This document shows positions 9,716 through 20,600 of a stretch of 64,000 nucleotides of DNA, piece by piece. The notes under the pieces are model-generated. The model ran no database searches. It saw only the letters and a list, made by a program, of their open reading frames with translations, and was not told where the DNA came from. The stretch lies in the NCBI GenBank assembly GCA_903897925.1, contig CAIUDG010000136.1:15734-79733 (forward strand). The letters are read 5' to 3'. Numbering within the stretch: position 1 is the first letter of the stretch; each line of letters begins with the position of its first letter. Source of the stretch: an uncultured beta proteobacterium (GTDB taxonomy: Bacteria > Pseudomonadota > Gammaproteobacteria > Burkholderiales > Burkholderiaceae_C). A program made the translations under genes and the position numbers.

Positions 9716-11197
9716 TCAGGCCAGTTGCAGACTGGCCAGTTTTTCGTAAAACGAGGTGCGTGAAATACCCAGGCGTGTGGCTGCCTGGGCCTTGTTGCCG
9801 CCGCAGGCCTTCAGCGCAGCGCTGATGGCCTGGCGCTCGGCGCTCGAGATGATGTCGGCCAGGCGCAGTGGTTGTTGCGCTGCGGCCTCTGGCAGCGCTG
9901 GTGCTGCCACGGCCACGGCGGGCAAGATGCTGGCCACGTCGTCCAGGCCCAGCACGCCGGTATCGCACATCATCAGCGCCCGCTCCAGCACGTTTTGCAA
10001 CTCCCGGATATTGCCCGGCCAATGGTGTTGCCGCAGGCGCGCCAGTGCCGCCGCATCGAGTTCGTGCGGTGCCATGCGCATGCGCTGTGACAGCGTGTCG
10101 AGCAGGTAGTCACACAGCGTGGCCAGGTCTTCCATGCGTTCGCGCAGCGGCGGCATGGTCAGCGTTACCACGTTCAGCCGGTAGTACAAATCGGGGCGGA
10201 ACCGGCCCTGGGCCATTTCCGCCTGCAGGTCGCGGCTGGTGGCGGCGACGATGCGGGTGTCGGTGCTGCGCAGCTTGTTCGAACCGAGGGCCTCGTATTC
10301 GCCCTCTTGTAGCACCCGCAGCAGCTTGGCTTGCATGGCGCTGGGCATGTCGCCGATTTCGTCGAGAAACAGGGTGCCGCCGTTGGCCAGCTCAAATTTT
10401 CCCTCGCGGCCACGCCGGTCGGCGCCGGTAAATGCGCCCGGCGTGGTGCCAAAAAATTCGGCTTCCAGCAAGGCCTCGGGAATGGCAGCGATGTTCACCG
10501 CGACAAAGGGCTTGTCGGCACGAAAGCTGGCGTTGTGAATGGCCTGTGCCAGCAACTCCTTGCCGGTACCGGTTTCTCCTTGTATCAGTACCGGCGCACT
10601 GGTGCGCGCGGCGCGGCGCGCATGCGCCTTGACCAGCAGACAGGCTTCGCTGGTGCCGACGATGCTGCTCAGCGTGTGCTTGGCGCGGCGTGCCTCGGCC
10701 AGCTTGTTGCGGGTGTCGGCCAGTTCCCGGTGAATCGCCTGGTAGCGCGACACCAGCGGCGCCAGGCCCTTGGCGTCTTCCAGCAGCATCAGGCCGATGG
10801 CGCCGATGACGCTGCCGGTGGCGTCCCGCAGCGGCAGGCGCAGCACGACAAACGCGGCATGGTGGAACTCCATGATGTCGAGCATGATCGGGCGGCCACT
10901 TTCGACCACCTCACGCATTTGGCTATTCGGCAAAATCGATTCCACCGGCTGGCCCAGCACCGAGGCCAGGTCCTTGAGTCCCAGGCGTTTCGGATACTTT
11001 TCATTCATCCAGACAATGCGCGACTGGCGGTCCACAATCAGCGCGCCTTCGCAGACTTCGGCAAATTGCGTCAGCAAGGAGTGGCTGGCCACCTTGTTCA
11101 GGTGTTCAATTTCTGCCGGCAGCAATTGCGATGCTCCGCTGGTCGGTGGCGTTACGCCGCTGTTCTGGTCCTGCTTCATGGATGCTTGTTCCGCCAT
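9716..11197 (-). CDS. Sigma-54-dependent transcriptional activator (PAS sensor + AAA+ + Fis-type HTH)
   Basis: Start placed at MAEQASMK. Walker A is GETGTGKELLA and the GAFTGA loop is PGAFTGADRRG. The C-terminal HTH is GGNKAQAATRLGISRTSFYEKL. Confidence 0.85.
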   Translation of the reverse strand: MAEQASMKQDQNSGVTPPTSGASQLLPAEIEHLNKVASHSLLTQFAEVCEGALIVDRQSRIVWMNEKYPKRLGLKDLASVLGQPVESILPNSQMREVVESGRPIMLDIMEFHHAAFVVLRLPLRDATGSVIGAIGLMLLEDAKGLAPLVSRYQAIHRELADTRNKLAEARRAKHTLSSIVGTSEACLLVKAHARRAARTSAPVLIQGETGTGKELLAQAIHNASFRADKPFVAVNIAAIPEALLEAEFFGTTPGAFTGADRRGREGKFELANGGTLFLDEIGDMPSAMQAKLLRVLQEGEYEALGSNKLRSTDTRIVAATSRDLQAEMAQGRFRPDLYYRLNVVTLTMPPLRERMEDLATLCDYLLDTLSQRMRMAPHELDAAALARLRQHHWPGNIRELQNVLERALMMCDTGVLGLDDVASILPAVAVAAPALPEAAAQQPLRLADIISSAERQAISAALKACGGNKAQAATRLGISRTSFYEKLASLQLA

Positions 11198-11352
11198 CGC
11201 CTGTATTTGGATCTTCCGCGCCGCAGAGAAAGTTCGGCGGCGGCCTGCGCGCCGTGGCGGAAGCAGGGCAGTATGGGCGGGAATGCCAGCCGGCGAAACA
11301 GGGAGAACGCGGGGAGGGTTTACCCTTGCCCGGCGCGGACGCCCGTCTGTGC

Positions 11353-13008
11353 TCAATGGCAGGTGATGGTGACGGTGGGATAGGCGCTGGCGTTGCCGCT
11401 ATTGGCATCGACCACGCTGCCCGATGCGTTGCCAAGGCTGCAATTCGAAGGCCCCACCGACAGCTGATAGGAGGTCGCCAGGCCGGTCGGGTAGGAGGCG
11501 GCAATATTGTCGGTGGTGTTGTTGGCGTTGGACGGCGTTGCGTTGTTGTTGGTATTGGGGCCGAACGGATTCCTTTCCTGCTTTACCGCGCTGGCAATCG
11601 GATTGCCGTGCACATCCAGAACCGTTAATCCCAGCGCGAATGACGACACCGCATTGCCGACGTTGTTCGGCCAGCTGACGTTGACATTCAGCAGCAGGGG
11701 AATCGGCGGCGTGGTGTTCGCCGAGCTGCCACTGCCGGCGCCCGCGCCGCCATACTTGTTGAATTTCAGGGAACCGGTGCGGGCCAGTGCAATCGAGCCG
11801 TAATTGCTGCCGCCCACGGTCAGGGTGCCGGAGTTGCTTGCCAGATTCAGGGCAATGCTGCTGCTGCCATTGTTGTTGCCGCTGGTAAAGCTGCCACTGG
11901 CGGTACCGGCCTGGGCGTTCCAGCTGCCGGATATGTAATTGCCACTGTCCGTAATACCGTAGAGCAGGCCATTGGCCGCCAGGATGAAGAAGCCTGAGCC
12001 ACCGGTATTGCCCGCCGCCAGGCCGGCTGCGTTGGGGGTGTATATCCCATACCAGCCGCCCAGGTACAGGGAATTGGTGATGGCGCTGCTGGCGCTCACC
12101 GGACCGATGGTGAGCACGCCCTGTGAAACGCCTGCGCTATTGAATATGGTGGCATTGGCAGTGCTTGCGCCATTGGCCAATGTGACCAGGCTGGAATAGC
12201 CGCCACCGGACGAGATCAGCGAAAACTGGATGCCGCCATTGAGGCTGGCGCTGGGCGCCCAGGAGCCGGATAGCAGGTCGCCACTGCTGGTAAAACCGGC
12301 TAGCGTGCCATCGGGCTGAAAGTAAAAGGTTCCACCGCCACCACAGGTGCAGGTTCCGGTCCACACCGTGCCGACAAAGCCGGCGCCGTTCAGCCCCTGC
12401 GTCATATTCGACTGCGCGTCCAGACTGCTGGTCACCAGCGGGATCGAGCCCAGCGAGGACAGCGCGTTGTTGATAGCGGTCTGCACCGTGCCGGTATTCA
12501 AGGCGCTCAGTAATTGCAGCGGCGAGCTGCCCAATTGTTGTAGTTGCCCGAGGAAGCCGGTGGCCAGGGCGCCGGTGGGAATACTGAATACGCCACTGCT
12601 GCCCTGATTCAGGCCCTTGGCGATATTGTTCAGCGTGCCCAGCAACTGGCCAATGGCGGTGACGGTGCTGTCGTTGACCCCGACCGCGCCCGGAACCAGA
12701 TTCAGGGGCGTGATGGTGGCGCTGCCGTTCGCGCTGACGCTGGGTGTGGCCGAGCCCAGCGTAATGCCGGCCACCTTGAATGTGACGCTATCGCCGGCCG
12801 CGAAATTGAACTGCCCGAGGGCGTTGGTGGTGCCGGAGGCACCCGAAGAGGTGGTGTAGGAAAGCCCGGACACTGGTGCGTCGCTGAAGACGCCGGTCAT
12901 ATTGGCACTGGAGGACGCTGACCCTGAGGCACCACCACCACCGCCACCGCAGGACCCAAGAAGCAACACCCAGGCGATGGCAAGGAATTTCAGACCGGTA
13001 CGGCGCAT
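11353..13008 (-). CDS. Large G/S/T/N-rich lipoprotein, function unknown
   Basis: Start placed at MRRTGLKFLAIAWVLLLGSC, which has a lipobox (LGSC) followed by a G6 linker. The sequence is low in complexity and looks beta-rich. No enzymatic motif. Confidence 0.7.
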   Translation of the reverse strand: MRRTGLKFLAIAWVLLLGSCGGGGGGASGSASSSANMTGVFSDAPVSGLSYTTSSGASGTTNALGQFNFAAGDSVTFKVAGITLGSATPSVSANGSATITPLNLVPGAVGVNDSTVTAIGQLLGTLNNIAKGLNQGSSGVFSIPTGALATGFLGQLQQLGSSPLQLLSALNTGTVQTAINNALSSLGSIPLVTSSLDAQSNMTQGLNGAGFVGTVWTGTCTCGGGGTFYFQPDGTLAGFTSSGDLLSGSWAPSASLNGGIQFSLISSGGGYSSLVTLANGASTANATIFNSAGVSQGVLTIGPVSASSAITNSLYLGGWYGIYTPNAAGLAAGNTGGSGFFILAANGLLYGITDSGNYISGSWNAQAGTASGSFTSGNNNGSSSIALNLASNSGTLTVGGSNYGSIALARTGSLKFNKYGGAGAGSGSSANTTPPIPLLLNVNVSWPNNVGNAVSSFALGLTVLDVHGNPIASAVKQERNPFGPNTNNNATPSNANNTTDNIAASYPTGLATSYQLSVGPSNCSLGNASGSVVDANSGNASAYPTVTITCH

Positions 13009-13220
13009 GGCGTTCTCCCGTGGTGCCCTAAGCTGCGTCAAGGTATACCTTTGTCAAAATACTGCAAGTTGGTATTTACCCTGGTATTCGCCCTGAAGTT
13101 TGGCCGGCGTGTGTAACGGGCCTGGCAGGTGCCAATTTTTGCCGGTAAACGCGGTGCGGAAAGTGCCTATATTGCCGGTAGCGCAAATAGCGTCACCGTA
13201 ATCGACTATATTTCTACCCA

Positions 13221-13592
13221 ATGTTTGACGAAAAAATCAATGAATCGATGGGCGGGGCCGGGGCGGTCCGGTCGGTCAACGAACGCGTCAAGCCGCGTTT
13301 GCAGGTGTCTGGATCGGGCCAGGTGCGGCGTCCCAACCAGCAAATCCTGGCCGGAAAGCTGTATGACCTGTCGGTGACCGGCGCATCGGTTTTTTTGGAC
13401 CTGCAGTTGCCGCTGAAAGAGATCTGCACGCTGCGTTTGCAGATCTTCCGCCATGGCAGTTCGTACACGGTGGAGGTGCAGGGCCAGATCACGAATACCA
13501 TGCTGGTGGGCTCGCGCGGTTTTCGCCACGGGTTCCAGTTTCTCTCGATCGATTCGCTAACCCAGAAAACGCTCAACGCTATTTGCGCTTAG
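13221..13592 (+). CDS. PilZ-domain c-di-GMP receptor
   Basis: 123 aa. It carries both PilZ signatures at the usual spacing: RxxxR (RVKPR) and DxSxxG (DLSVTG). Confidence 0.7.
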   Translation: MFDEKINESMGGAGAVRSVNERVKPRLQVSGSGQVRRPNQQILAGKLYDLSVTGASVFLDLQLPLKEICTLRLQIFRHGSSYTVEVQGQITNTMLVGSRGFRHGFQFLSIDSLTQKTLNAICA

Positions 13593-13625
13593 CAATGTGG
13601 GCGGCTTGGTGAACGTGGATTTTGT

Positions 13626-14939
13626 ATGACCATTGCCTCGCGTGCCTTGATAGCATCGCCGCTCTGGTGGCTTGCCGGTGTGCTGGCGCTGGCCGGCTGC
13701 AGCGCCACGCCGCCACTGGCTACCCCGGCGTCCGAGCCGGTAGCCGTGCGCGCCAATCCACTCCCTGCCGATCGCGGCTCGGACAACGGAACGGCCGTGA
13801 AAGCGCAGGATTTTGCGCAGTGGATCGCCAACTTCCGCCGCAGCGCCCGGGCTGCCGGCATCGACGACTCGACGCTGCAAAATGCCTTTGACGGCGTGCA
13901 CTATCTGCCGCGCGTGATTGCACTGGACCGGGCCCAGCCCGAATTTACGCGCCCGGTCTGGAGTTATCTGGACAGCGCGGTATCGGCGAAGCGCGTCGCC
14001 CGGGGGCAGGAAAAGCTTGGCGCATTGCGCGCACAGGTGGACCCGATTGCCGCGCGCTACGGCGTGCCCACCGAAGTGCTGTTTGCATTCTGGGGCGTGG
14101 AGAGCAATTTCGGCACCGACGTGGGTGACTACTCAGTGATCGACGCCCTGGCAACGCTGGGCTACGAAGGCCGGCGCGGCGAGTGGGCACAGGGTGAGCT
14201 GATGGCCGCGCTGAAAATTCTGCAGAACCACGATATTGACAGAACCCGCATGCTTGGCTCCTGGGCCGGTGCCATGGGCCAGACCCAGTTCATGCCGACT
14301 ATCTTTCTGCGCTACGCCGTCGATGCGGATGGCGACGGCCGGCGCGACCTGTGGGACAGCCTGGCCGACGTAATGGCATCCACGGCCAACTTTGTGGCCC
14401 AGTCGGGCTGGCAGACCGGTCAGCCCTGGGGCGTTGAAGTGCGCCTGCCTGCCGGCTTTGATTACGCGCGCGCGGACCGCAACCTGCGCCAGTCGGCTGC
14501 GGCCTGGTCCGGCGAGGGCGTGCAGACCATGGATGGTGCGCCCATGCCGGCGCTGGCGAATAGTTATGTGCTGTTGCCCGCCGGCGCCCGTGGCCCGGCG
14601 TTTCTGGTGGGTGCCAATTTTGATACTGTGTTGCGCTACAACAATTCGATCAGCTATGCGCTGGCCGTGGGACTGCTGGCGCAACAACTGGCCGGCGGGC
14701 CAGTGGTGCAGGCGCCCTGGCCGCGTGACCTGAAAGCCTTGAGTCACAGCCAGTTGCAGGCGCTGCAAAGCGCACTCAACGCGCATGGCTTCGAGGTCGG
14801 TACGCCGGATGGCCTGGTGGGTCCGAACACGCAGGGCGGAATTCGTCGCTACCAGCGCAGCCAGGGCCTGCCTGCCGATGGCTATCCCAGCCTGGAACTT
14901 TTGCAAAGTCTGCAGGCCAGCGGCGCGCCGGCGCAGTAA
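13626..14939 (+). CDS. Lytic murein transglycosylase (MltB-like) lipoprotein with a C-terminal peptidoglycan-binding domain
   Basis: Lipobox LALAGC. The SLT_2-like core is FWGVESNFG...GQTQFMP. The C-terminal PG_binding_1-like repeat is LQSALNAHGFEVGTPDGLVGPNTQGGIRRYQRSQGLPADGYP. Confidence 0.85.
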   Translation: MTIASRALIASPLWWLAGVLALAGCSATPPLATPASEPVAVRANPLPADRGSDNGTAVKAQDFAQWIANFRRSARAAGIDDSTLQNAFDGVHYLPRVIALDRAQPEFTRPVWSYLDSAVSAKRVARGQEKLGALRAQVDPIAARYGVPTEVLFAFWGVESNFGTDVGDYSVIDALATLGYEGRRGEWAQGELMAALKILQNHDIDRTRMLGSWAGAMGQTQFMPTIFLRYAVDADGDGRRDLWDSLADVMASTANFVAQSGWQTGQPWGVEVRLPAGFDYARADRNLRQSAAAWSGEGVQTMDGAPMPALANSYVLLPAGARGPAFLVGANFDTVLRYNNSISYALAVGLLAQQLAGGPVVQAPWPRDLKALSHSQLQALQSALNAHGFEVGTPDGLVGPNTQGGIRRYQRSQGLPADGYPSLELLQSLQASGAPAQ

Positions 14940-14946
14940 CAGCGCT

Positions 14947-16860
14947 TTAAACGCTAACCTGGCGTGTCACCGGCAGACGCAAGGTCAGGCGCGTGCCAGC
15001 CCGGCTGGAGTCCCAGCGTATTTCCGCGTCGATCGATTGGGCCCGACTGATCTGGTTGTTCAGCCCACGGCCCTTGTTGCGCAGTCCCTGGTCGACATCA
15101 AAGCCCTCGCCGTTGTCGGTGACGGTGACCAGCACATAATTGCGATCCACTGATGTGGCAACACGGATCTCGGTGGCCTGCGTGTGCTTGATGATGTTGG
15201 TGAATGCCTCTTGCAGGATACGCAGAATATGCAGTGCATTGCGCGGGTCCAGCCAGTCCAATGCCGGCACGTCCGCAATTTCCCAGCGCAGTGTCAGACC
15301 GGCGTTTTCCAGGCGCGGACCGAGGCGAAAGCGCAGCGTCGCCAGCAATAGCAACAAGTCGGCCTGTACCGGCTCCATTGCGTCAATTGCCAGCTTCAGG
15401 TCTTCGATGCAGCCTGTGAGTACGTCGGCCACCATGTCCGGATTGATGTCGCCCTTTTCGATTTCCAGCAAGGCGGTTCTCAAGGACGAGCCCATGCCGT
15501 CATGCATGTCCTGCATCATGCGCTGGCGTTCGTCGATCCGGGTCTGGCGCTGTGCTGCATCGTGCTGCAGGCGGTAAATCTGTTTCAATTCGGCTTCCCG
15601 AATCAGCAAGCGTTGCGCCAGACCGGCATTGACCTGTTTCACCTCGTCGATCGCGCCCATGTAGCGGCGAAAGATGATTTTTAAAAACAAGAGCAAGCCG
15701 ACCAGATTGGTATAGGGGCCGAGGTAAATGCCTTCAATGTCGATGTAGTTGCTTTGCAGCAACCAGTCATACAGCCACAGCAGCATGCCCAGCAGGCACC
15801 AGGCACTGAGCAGTGTGCCGTCCCTGGATTGGCTTTTGTGCGACTGGTAGAGGCCGACCAGCCCTACCGCGCTGCCCATCAGCATCAGGAATACATAGGC
15901 CAGTGGCGACAGCAAATAGATGCTTGGCACGGTGTCTAGCACGGGCAAGCTGATCAGGCTCAGGACCGAAGTTAGCAACAGCACGCCGCGATTCAATCGC
16001 AGCGAAGGCCGGCGGTGCAAATGGTTCAGAAAAAAGTGCAGCGCGGCAATCAGCCAGAACAGGGCGTTGACGGTCAGCCAGCTGAACCAGGCATCCGATA
16101 GCAACAGCTGGTGTTCTCCCACGTGGTAGTGCAGTGTGCGCAGAAATGTTGCGAGCGACACCAGAAAAAACAACAGGTACATGGGTTTCCGCCGCTGCCT
16201 GAGCCACAGGAATATGGAAAACAGGCCGATGCATAAAAAGGCCGTGCTGCTCATATAGGGCAGCTGGACCTGCAGCAAATAGCGCAAGTGGTAGCGCCAG
16301 CTCAGGCGCGCGCCTTGGCCCAGCCATAGCGTGGAAATGCCGCCGGCAGAATCGCGCGGACGCTCGATGCGAATCAGGATCACGTGCGGCGTGCCTGCGT
16401 TGGCGCTGCCGTCCATGGCGATCCACATCGGGATGTTCCAGCCGTTCCAGAAAATATTGGAGTGCGATTGGTAGACCAGTCGATTGTCTGCATACACCGC
16501 AATCTGGCCATCGGTTTTCCAGCGCGGTATGTAGAGGTAGCGTGGGCCGCTCACTGGCGCCAGGGCGGGCAAGACCAGGCGGTACCAGTTCAGCAGGGTG
16601 GGCTCACTCAGAGGGGTGCGTTCCAGACTGGCCGGGACCAGCGGTTTGGTCAGCACATGGGGCAAGCTGACGCTGCTCCAGACCCCTGGTAGATCGGCCG
16701 CCTGCACTTCATAGGGCGGTGGCATATAACCCTGGGACTCGATCGACATCAGTTCGGCTTGGGTAATGTGCAGCGGCGTGTCGGCCCGCGCCAGCGGATG
16801 CCAGCAGGCGCCGCACAGCAACAGCATTAGCCCGACCCAGCGTAGCGCCCGCTCAGGCAT
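14947..16860 (-). CDS. Sensor histidine kinase, 7TMR-DISM type (extracellular domain + 7 TM + HisKA_3 + HATPase)
   Basis: The start MPERAL (16860) overlaps the regulator's stop as ATGCCTGA. There are seven hydrophobic helices. The H-box is MQDMHDGMGSSL. The ATPase segment is VTDNGEGF...GRGLNN. Confidence 0.85.
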   Translation of the reverse strand: MPERALRWVGLMLLLCGACWHPLARADTPLHITQAELMSIESQGYMPPPYEVQAADLPGVWSSVSLPHVLTKPLVPASLERTPLSEPTLLNWYRLVLPALAPVSGPRYLYIPRWKTDGQIAVYADNRLVYQSHSNIFWNGWNIPMWIAMDGSANAGTPHVILIRIERPRDSAGGISTLWLGQGARLSWRYHLRYLLQVQLPYMSSTAFLCIGLFSIFLWLRQRRKPMYLLFFLVSLATFLRTLHYHVGEHQLLLSDAWFSWLTVNALFWLIAALHFFLNHLHRRPSLRLNRGVLLLTSVLSLISLPVLDTVPSIYLLSPLAYVFLMLMGSAVGLVGLYQSHKSQSRDGTLLSAWCLLGMLLWLYDWLLQSNYIDIEGIYLGPYTNLVGLLLFLKIIFRRYMGAIDEVKQVNAGLAQRLLIREAELKQIYRLQHDAAQRQTRIDERQRMMQDMHDGMGSSLRTALLEIEKGDINPDMVADVLTGCIEDLKLAIDAMEPVQADLLLLLATLRFRLGPRLENAGLTLRWEIADVPALDWLDPRNALHILRILQEAFTNIIKHTQATEIRVATSVDRNYVLVTVTDNGEGFDVDQGLRNKGRGLNNQISRAQSIDAEIRWDSSRAGTRLTLRLPVTRQVSV

Positions 16861-17560
16861 CCAGCAGGCCCTGGTAGCGCGCCTCAAAGATGGCTTCGGC
16901 CTTGGAGCTGACTTCCAGTTTGCTGTAAATACGACGGACAAAGGTCAGTACCGTGTGCCGCGTTACCGACATCAGTGCGGCTATTTCGTCGGACGTAAAG
17001 CCTTTGGTGATGAACTCCAGCACCTGTTGTTCGCGCGCCGACAGGGCCGCGCGCGGCTTGCCCTGGGCCGCTGTTACAGAAATCGCCACCGGCTTTTCCT
17101 GCCGCCGAAAGCGCATCAGGATCTGTCGCGCTATGAGCGGACTGATAGGGCTGCCGCCGGCGTGCAGGCTGCGGATTTCGTTCAGCATGCTGTGCGCAGT
17201 ACTGTCCTTGAGCAAATAGCCGGCGGCACCGGCTTCCAGCGACTGCATGACGTGCATTTCGTCGCCAAACGCGGTGCAGACCATGATGCCGCAGGCCGGC
17301 CATTGGGCATGGGCGGCGCGAATCACGTCAATGCCGGAGCCGTCGGGCAGACCCAGGTCGACCAGCAGCACATCCACCAGCGCGCCCTTGAGCGCCTGCA
17401 AGCCCTGTGCCCGTGTGCTGGACACTGATAGCAAGGCCATATCCGGGGCGCCATCAATGGCATCGCGCAGCGCCTGTTGGAAATAGACGTCGTCTTCAAC
17501 GAGTGCGACGCGGATAGAGGGAGCGGCTGATTTGGCATGCATGGCGGCCAATAGTGCCAT
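16853..17560 (-). CDS. NarL/LuxR-family response regulator
   Basis: REC domain (RVALVEDD..., DVLLVDLGLPDGSG) plus a LuxR HTH (LSAREQQVLEFITKGFTSDEIAALMSVTRHTVLTFVRRIYSKLEV). The start could instead be 17542. Confidence 0.85.
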   Translation of the reverse strand: MALLAAMHAKSAAPSIRVALVEDDVYFQQALRDAIDGAPDMALLSVSSTRAQGLQALKGALVDVLLVDLGLPDGSGIDVIRAAHAQWPACGIMVCTAFGDEMHVMQSLEAGAAGYLLKDSTAHSMLNEIRSLHAGGSPISPLIARQILMRFRRQEKPVAISVTAAQGKPRAALSAREQQVLEFITKGFTSDEIAALMSVTRHTVLTFVRRIYSKLEVSSKAEAIFEARYQGLLDA

Positions 17561-17679
17561 ATATGCGCAAAGCTGCGCCCGCTGCCTATTTGTCGCTTTG
17601 TCCCTAGTTCTTGTGACAGGGCGAATATTTCTGCAACTGACAATCGAAAAGTAACTAATTGCCCAGTCAAGGACTATCC

Positions 17680-20600
17680 ATGAAAAGCCACGCCTCTATG
17701 AACCGCATCTATCGCCTCGTCTGGAACCAAGCGCTTGGGGTGCTGGTGGCGGTGGCAGAAAATGCCAAGGGCCGGGGCAAGTCCAGCAGCAGCCGTGGCC
17801 TGGTGGCCGGCGCCTTGGCGCTGACCGGGGGCCTGTTTCTGGCGCCCTTTGCCCAGGCCGGGCCGACCGGTGGACAGGTCAGTGCCGGTGCCGGCACCAT
17901 TGTCCAGTCTGGCGTGAGTACCACGATCAACCAAAGCAGCCAGAACCTGGCCATCAACTGGCAAGGTTTTAGCATTGCCGCCAACGAGTCGGTGCGCTTT
18001 AACCAGCCGAATGCCGCGTCGGTGGCGCTGAACCGCGTTGTCGGTCAGGACCCGAGCCAGATTCTGGGCACCCTGAGTGCCAATGGCCAGGTATTCGTGC
18101 TCAATCCGAATGGCGTGCTATTCGGTGCTAGCGCGCAGGTGAGTGTCGGTGGCCTGGTGGCGTCGACCCTGGCCTTGAGCGATGCCGACCTGATGGCGAA
18201 TAGCTATACCTTCAATAGCAGCGGCGCCAGTGCCGGGCGCAGTGTCACCAACCAGGGCAGCCTGAGCGCGGCGCAGGGCGGCTATATTGCCCTGCTGGCA
18301 CCGGAAGTGCGCAACGAAGGCGTGATCGTCGCCCAACGCGGCACAGCGCTGCTGGCCGCCGGCGACAAGGTTACGCTGAAACTGGACAACGGCAGCCTGC
18401 TGTCTTACACCATCGACCAGGGCGCCATCAACGCACTGGCGGACAACCAGCAACTGGTACAGGCCGATGGCGGCCAGGTTTTGATGTCGGCCAAGGCCGC
18501 CAATGCGCTGACCACTGCGGTGGTGAACAACAGCGGCATTGTGCAGGCGCAGACGGTGCAAAACGTGGGCGGTGTGATCCGCTTGCTGGGTGATATGGAA
18601 ACCGGCAGCGTCAACGTCGGCGGCACGCTGGACGCCAGCGCGCCGGCCGGTGGCAACGGTGGTCTGGTGGAAACCTCGGCGGCGCATGTCAAGGTCGCCA
18701 GCGATGCCAAAGTAACGACACTGGCGGCGCATGGGCTGAATGGCACCTGGCTGATTGATCCGGTGGATTTCACGATTGCCGCCAGCGGTGGCGACATGAC
18801 CGGTGCCGTGTTGAGTAGCAACCTGGCGGGTGGCGACATCATTATTCAAAGCAGTTCGGGCACCATTGGCGGCACTGCGGGTGCGGTGAATGTGAACGAC
18901 GCCGTGAGCTGGGCCGCCAACAAACTGACCTTGAACGCGCAAGGAAATATCAATATCAACGCGGCCATGACGGCCACCGGTGGCGCCAGCCTGGCCTTGC
19001 AATTCGGGCAGGGCGCTATTGCATCGGGCAATCGAAGCAGCGTGGTGTTCGGTACCGCCGGCGTGGTGAGTTTGCCCGCCAGCAGCACCAACTTCAGCAC
19101 CACCCAGGGTTCGGACGGTGTGGCGGTGGCTTATACAGTGATCACCAGCCTGGGCCAGGCCGGCAGCACAACGACGACCGACTTGCAGGGCATGGCGGGT
19201 AATCTGGCGGGAAATTATGTGCTGGGGGCCGATATTGATGCGTCTGCCACTGCGGCATGGAATTCCACTTATGGCAGCTATGCGGGTTTTGCTCCGGTGG
19301 GCTCCTCATACACAAACGGAAACCGATTTCTCGGTATTTTTGATGGTCTTGGTCACAGCATCAGCAACCTGACTGTCAATCAGCCAAACACCAATTACGT
19401 TGGCATGTTTGGTAACACCGGATATGAATCGCAGATTCGCAATGTGTCACTGATCAATGCGAACGTCAGCGGTGGCTGGATAGTGGGCGCCTTGGTCGGT
19501 GGTGGCTATGGCACGATTACAAACGCCCACTCTAGCGGCACTGTCACCGGCAATGGAAGTTATATCGGTGGTTTGGCCGGACTCAATGGCGGGTCACTCA
19601 GCAACTCATCGTCTACCGCAACCGTGAACGCTACCGGCGGCACCTGGACCTATGACGTGGGCGGTCTGGTTGGGTTGAATGATTCTCCGATCAGCAACAG
19701 CCATGCATCCGGTGTCGTGAATGCTTCAGGCTATAACGCGGGCGGTTTGGTGGGCAACAACTACGGCACTGTCAGCAATAGTTATGTGAATGGTGGTTCC
19801 GTGTCTGCCTACCAAGGGGGCGGCGGTCTGGTCGGTAACAACGGTGGTACGGTCAGCAATTCGCATTACGATATCGACGCAGTCAGCATCAATGGCGCCA
19901 CTGGCACGGTGTCGGCGAATGGACTTTTTAATACCAACGGTGTCGGCCAGTTCAATCAGTGGATGAGCACCGGCACGCTGGATATTGCCAATTACAGCGC
20001 AAGCTTGCCCGGTAGCGGCAACAGTTACACCATTAGCAGCGTGCAGGGCATCAAGGACATGCTCGGATTTGCCGACAACCCTGCCTACACCTTCACGCTG
20101 GCAAACAACCTCACTTTGTCGGCAGGTTTGTTTATTCCTTATTTGGCAGGTACCTTTGACGGTGGAAACTACACCATTTCCGGCTTCAACCTCAGTGGCG
20201 GCAGCAAGATCGGCCTGATTGGCGTTGCCGCCTCGAGCGCCACCATCAAGAACGTGGTTCTAACCGGAGGCATCGTGAGTGGTGGCAGTTATGTGGGGGC
20301 GCTGGTGGGTGTGAATAATGGCTCCATCAGCAACAGTTCCTCCAGCAATGGCACTGTCAGCGGCAGCGGATACGATGTTGGTGGCTTGGTTGGACTCAAC
20401 AACTACTCGGCATCAATTACCAATAGTTTTGCCAACGGAAGCGTCACCGGTTCGCTGCCTTCCGTGAGCGGTGTCGGCGGCCTGGTGGGACGAAATTACG
20501 GCACCGTTAACAGCAGCCATGCCTCCGGCAGCGTGTCGGGAAGTTATGGCGTCGGCGGCCTGGTCGGTTTTTCCGGCGGCGGCTCGATCAACAACAGTTA

